64,000 bases of DNA from an uncultured Candidatus Saccharibacteria bacterium (GTDB taxonomy: Bacteria > Patescibacteriota > Minisyncoccia > Phycocordibacterales > UBA9973), in NCBI GenBank assembly GCA_964505155.1, contig CAZDGL010000002.1, positions 26,064 to 90,063 on the forward strand, given 5' to 3'. Positions within the stretch are counted from its first letter, which is position 1. Every line of letters starts with the position of its first letter. Shown here one piece after another: positions 60,809 to 64,000 of the stretch. The position numbers were made by a program, and so were the translations under genes. The notes under the pieces were generated by a model. It saw only the letters and a list, made by a program, of their open reading frames with translations. It did not search any database and was not told the DNA's origin.

Positions 60809-61318
60809 GCAATCATTAAACAAAAAGAGCAACGCGTAGGAGTATTTATCGATACTCAAAACCTTTACCACACCGCAAAGGCTTTGTATAAGAAAAAGGT
60901 AAACTTTGGAGCAGTACTCAAAGACGCTGTTTCTAGTCGACAACTCATCCGAGCTATCGCTTATGTTATCACTACTGAAAACGAAGATGAAAAAGCTTTT
61001 CTAGAAGCTCTTGGCAAAGCTGGTATAGAGACCAAAGCCAAAGATCTTCAGATATTTTATGATGGAAGCAAAAAGGCAGACTGGGATATCGGACTTGCTA
61101 TCGATGCAGTCACCATGGCACCCAAGCTCGACGCTATCGTGATAGTCTCTGGGGACGGGGACTTTGTACCACTTTGCAACTTTCTTCGTTATCACCATGG
61201 AGTACAAGTCGAGGTCATGACCTTTGGCAAAAGCGCCTCAGCATCACTCAAAGATGTAGCGGATGAATTTATCGATCTATCTGCCAACCCAAAAAAGTAT
61301 TTGATAGGCTATCATTAA
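60806..61318 (+). CDS. NYN-domain (LabA-like PIN) protein
   Basis: VGVFIDTQNLYH...DWDIGLAIDAV...IVSGDGDF motifs. Confidence 0.7.
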   Translation: MAIIKQKEQRVGVFIDTQNLYHTAKALYKKKVNFGAVLKDAVSSRQLIRAIAYVITTENEDEKAFLEALGKAGIETKAKDLQIFYDGSKKADWDIGLAIDAVTMAPKLDAIVIVSGDGDFVPLCNFLRYHHGVQVEVMTFGKSASASLKDVADEFIDLSANPKKYLIGYH

Positions 61319-61321
61319 AAT

Positions 61322-62167
61322 ATGGAGAATTCTGAGAACAAAAAACCTTTGATGCACACCTTTGAGCAAGATCTCGGCAAAGCTATGGATGCGACAGATG
61401 CAAAAGTAGTGCAAGAAATCTTGGAGCGTGGTAGAGAAAAGGAGTTTATCGAAAAAGAAAACCGAACAAGAACCAAACAAAAGTCTTGGTATAAACTTGG
61501 AGCTATTGTTTTTATAATTTGTGCCTTAGCATCGGGAGCTTATGGTTTTTATTATTACAAACGTTTGACTGTCCCAGCTGAAAAGTCTGTTTCTATAGGC
61601 GTCTTTCCTAGCACCCAAGCTATAACTATAGACTCCTTTGATATACGCAAAGCTATTCTAACCATAAAAAACGATTCGACTTTGGAAAAAGATAAACCTT
61701 ATCTCATCCCTCTAGTTGAAAGCGCTGAAAATCCTTCGCTACTAAGTACAAACAAGATGTTTGCTTTTTTTGAATCTGGTGCTAGTGAACCTTTTATTAA
61801 CTCTTTCAACATCGTTCGTCTTGGTGCGATAAATACAAATGATGGCAACATCCCTTTTGTTATCGCTGGTGTCAAAGATCCTGAAATAGCCAACAAAGAA
61901 CTCCTTATCGCTGAAAAAAGTCTTTTGCAGTATTTTTATAAAAGCTTAGATATAGATTTGGCACTACACAAAGAAGAAGTAGGTAAGGGTTTTGTCTCAG
62001 AATTTCTATACAACATTCCTATAAAATCTCTAAAGTACAAAGATGCAGAAGGTGTAGAGAAAAATCTGTTTTTCTATGCTCGAGTTACCGACAATGTCAT
62101 TTTATTTTCTACTTCACCGAATGCCCTAAAAGCTATATATGACAGCCTTATTCGGCAAGGACTTTAG
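61322..62167 (+). CDS. Hypothetical single-pass membrane protein (281 aa)
   Basis: TM helix LGAIVFIICALASGAYGFYYY; the start is 4 nt after the NYN stop. Confidence 0.45.
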   Translation: MENSENKKPLMHTFEQDLGKAMDATDAKVVQEILERGREKEFIEKENRTRTKQKSWYKLGAIVFIICALASGAYGFYYYKRLTVPAEKSVSIGVFPSTQAITIDSFDIRKAILTIKNDSTLEKDKPYLIPLVESAENPSLLSTNKMFAFFESGASEPFINSFNIVRLGAINTNDGNIPFVIAGVKDPEIANKELLIAEKSLLQYFYKSLDIDLALHKEEVGKGFVSEFLYNIPIKSLKYKDAEGVEKNLFFYARVTDNVILFSTSPNALKAIYDSLIRQGL

Positions 62168-62239
62168 TCTTTAAAACAAGCTTGCCCCGCCAAAAAAGCG
62201 GGGCTTGCTCTTTGAGCTAGCCGTGGTACCATATGAGCC

Positions 62240-62593
62240 ATGAATACATCAAAAGCCAAAGAAACATTGCTCGCTGAAAAAAGCCTTCTAGAAGGGGAGC
62301 TTGGCAACATTGCGCGCTTCAATTCTGAAACAAATCTCTGGGAAGCTACTCCTGATACTGAAATGATGCATGAATCAGATGACAACGATGCAGCTGATAG
62401 ATTTGAAGACTTCGAAGAGCGCACAAGTATGCTCAAGACTCTCCAAGCTCGTCTCTCTGATATCGAAAGCTCTCTCAAAAAAATAGAAGACGGTTCTTAT
62501 GGAAAGTGTGTTGTTTGCGGAAAATCTATAGAAGCTGACAGACTAAATGCCAACAGCGCCGCTCAAACTTGTAAGGAGCATATGAATGGATAG
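62240..62593 (+). CDS. dksA: DksA/TraR-family C4 zinc-finger protein
   Basis: Coiled-coil N-terminus, then CVVCGKSI...C..C. Confidence 0.7.
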   Translation: MNTSKAKETLLAEKSLLEGELGNIARFNSETNLWEATPDTEMMHESDDNDAADRFEDFEERTSMLKTLQARLSDIESSLKKIEDGSYGKCVVCGKSIEADRLNANSAAQTCKEHMNG

Positions 62594-62672
62594 TTCGACA
62601 AGCTCACTATAAATAATAAAAGAAAAAACCGCCTTCACATAACGTGAGGCGGTTTTTTGTTACAATAGATAC

Positions 62673-62990
62673 ATGAAAACATTTAGCGAAAGAGTTTTAG
62701 AATGTGCGCTCATGATACCGAGCGGGAGAGTGACGACTTATGGCCACATTGCAAAAGCAAGTGGTGGCGGAGGGCAATCAGCTCGCAGTGTCACAGCGAT
62801 ACTTGGTAAAGCTTACCAAAACGGAGAAACGAAAATACCTTTTCACCGAATTGTTTATGCTGGTGGCAAAGTCTGGCTTTCGAGTGGATACGAAAAGAAA
62901 CGACTTGCACTTTATAAAAAAGAAAAGATAGAAATAGATGCAAAAGGAAAAATCAAAAACTTTGAAAAAATACTGTTTGAGTTTAAATAA
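62673..62990 (+). CDS. Alkyltransferase-like (MGMT DNA-binding domain) protein lacking the active-site Cys
   Basis: VTTYGHIA..., with IPFHRIV where canonical MGMT has IPCHRV. Confidence 0.6.
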   Translation: MKTFSERVLECALMIPSGRVTTYGHIAKASGGGGQSARSVTAILGKAYQNGETKIPFHRIVYAGGKVWLSSGYEKKRLALYKKEKIEIDAKGKIKNFEKILFEFK

Positions 62991-63011
62991 AATTGATATA
63001 CTTTTATTATT

Positions 63012-64000
63012 ATGTTTTCACGCATTCAGAGCGCGCAACTCTCTGGACTCGGAGCTACCGGTGTAACGGTGGAAGTCGACATTTCTCGTGGATTGTATTT
63101 GTTTCAAATAGTAGGCTTACCTGACAAAGCAGTCGAAGAGTCTCGCGAACGAGTAATCTCAGCGCTACGAAATAGTCTCGATATCAATCCAAAATCTCAA
63201 AATGAAAAAGTGATAGTATCACTGTCTCCCGCAGAACTCAAAAAAGAAGGGGCTTATTTTGATCTGGCTATCGCTCTCGGATACCTCAAGTCTACCGGAG
63301 TGGTAAAGGGTGAAACTGACGGCAAACTTTTCCTCGGAGAACTATCTCTCAATGGTGATGTACAACCAATACGCGGACTTCTCTCTATCGCGCAGTGGGC
63401 AAGGGAAGCTGGTTACACAGAGATTTTTATCCCAAAAGGCAACGAAGTAGAAGCCACACTCATAAGTGGGATAGATTTTTATTTGGTACCGACACTTAGT
63501 GACCTGCTCATGCATATCAACGGCGGGTCACAACTTGATCAAAGCGAGTTTGTACCATTTGAGCACAAAGAGCACACCATAGAAATGGACTTTGGTGATG
63601 TGCGAGGCCAGTCAGCAGCCAAGCGTGCTCTCACTATCGCTGCTGCCGGTGGGCACAACATCGTGCTTTATGGACCACCTGGTACTGGTAAGACAATGCT
63701 TGCCAAAGCATTTCACGGCATCTTGCCAGCACCACAAAATGAACATTTCTTGGAAGTAGCTACTATCTACTCAAGTGTCGGGCTGGTAGAAGATGCACTA
63801 AAGACACCGGTACCACTTCGCTCTCCACACCACAGCGCTTCACATGTCGCTATCATCGGTGGAGGACAAGGACAAATCCGTCCAGGAGATATCACACTCG
63901 CACATCGAGGGGTTTTGTATATGGATGAATTTCCAGAATTTGATAGAAGAGTTTTGGAAGCACTGCGCGAACCTCTCGAAGAAGGCTCTATCACTGTCGC
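63012..64000 (+). CDS. comM: ComM/YifB Mg-chelatase-like AAA ATPase, runs off the window end
   Basis: Lon-like N-terminal domain, then Walker [14 protein letters not shown] and Walker [11 protein letters not shown]. Confidence 0.85.
   Translation, partial: MFSRIQSAQLSGLGATGVTVEVDISRGLYLFQIVGLPDKAVEESRERVISALRNSLDINPKSQNEKVIVSLSPAELKKEGAYFDLAIALGYLKSTGVVKGETDGKLFLGELSLNGDVQPIRGLLSIAQWAREAGYTEIFIPKGNEVEATLISGIDFYLVPTLSDLLMHINGGSQLDQSEFVPFEHKEHTIEMDFGDVRGQSAAKRALTIAAAGGHNIVLYGPPGTGKTMLAKAFHGILPAPQNEHFLEVATIYSSVGLVEDALKTPVPLRSPHHSASHVAIIGGGQGQIRPGDITLAHRGVLYMDEFPEFDRRVLEALREPLEEGSITV

Noticed and set aside
1-64000. CRISPR arrays or IS elements
   Set aside because: No regularly spaced short direct repeats and no transposase-like ORF or terminal inverted repeat were seen. 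The repeated sequences found are promoter/terminator modules and tRNA-end copies.

Overview
Low-GC (about 38%), gene-dense bacterial chromosome segment with many Rho-independent terminators. Gene content and order suggest a small-genome, Patescibacteria/CPR-like organism; this is an inference from composition and gene repertoire, no search was run. Core genes include the str/S10 ribosomal cluster (rpsL, rpsG, fusA, tuf, rpsJ, rplC) broken up by foreign-looking inserted genes, and a type IV pilus cluster (pilB, pilC, three prepilin-like proteins, two giant surface proteins). Also present are a split ComEC, ComM, nusA, ppa, tig-clpP, rny, pgk-tpiA, recJ, rnhA, hup, cca, xth, a Xer-type tyrosine recombinase, rpsO, four tRNAs, a membrane fatty-acid desaturase and a superoxide dismutase. 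Several compact accessory islands stand out. (1) A three-gene array in which every gene carries its own near-identical promoter module and its own near-identical terminator. (2) An overlapping operon of a ClpP-like peptidase paralog, a 925-aa FtsK/HerA/VirB4-superfamily P-loop ATPase and a membrane protein. (3) A region flanked by a roughly 50-bp relic of the rnhA 5' end, holding an unknown ORF, an XRE-type HTH gene with no canonical start codon and a CX3CX2C (radical-SAM-like) protein. (4) Triplicated copies of the 3' end of a tRNA-Gly(TCC), which look like att-type integration scars, next to an HTH-LAGLIDADG protein abutting a second tRNA-Gly. (5) A long inverted-repeat leader that sequesters the start codon of an NYN-domain RNase gene. 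No CRISPR array, IS element or intact prophage was recognised.
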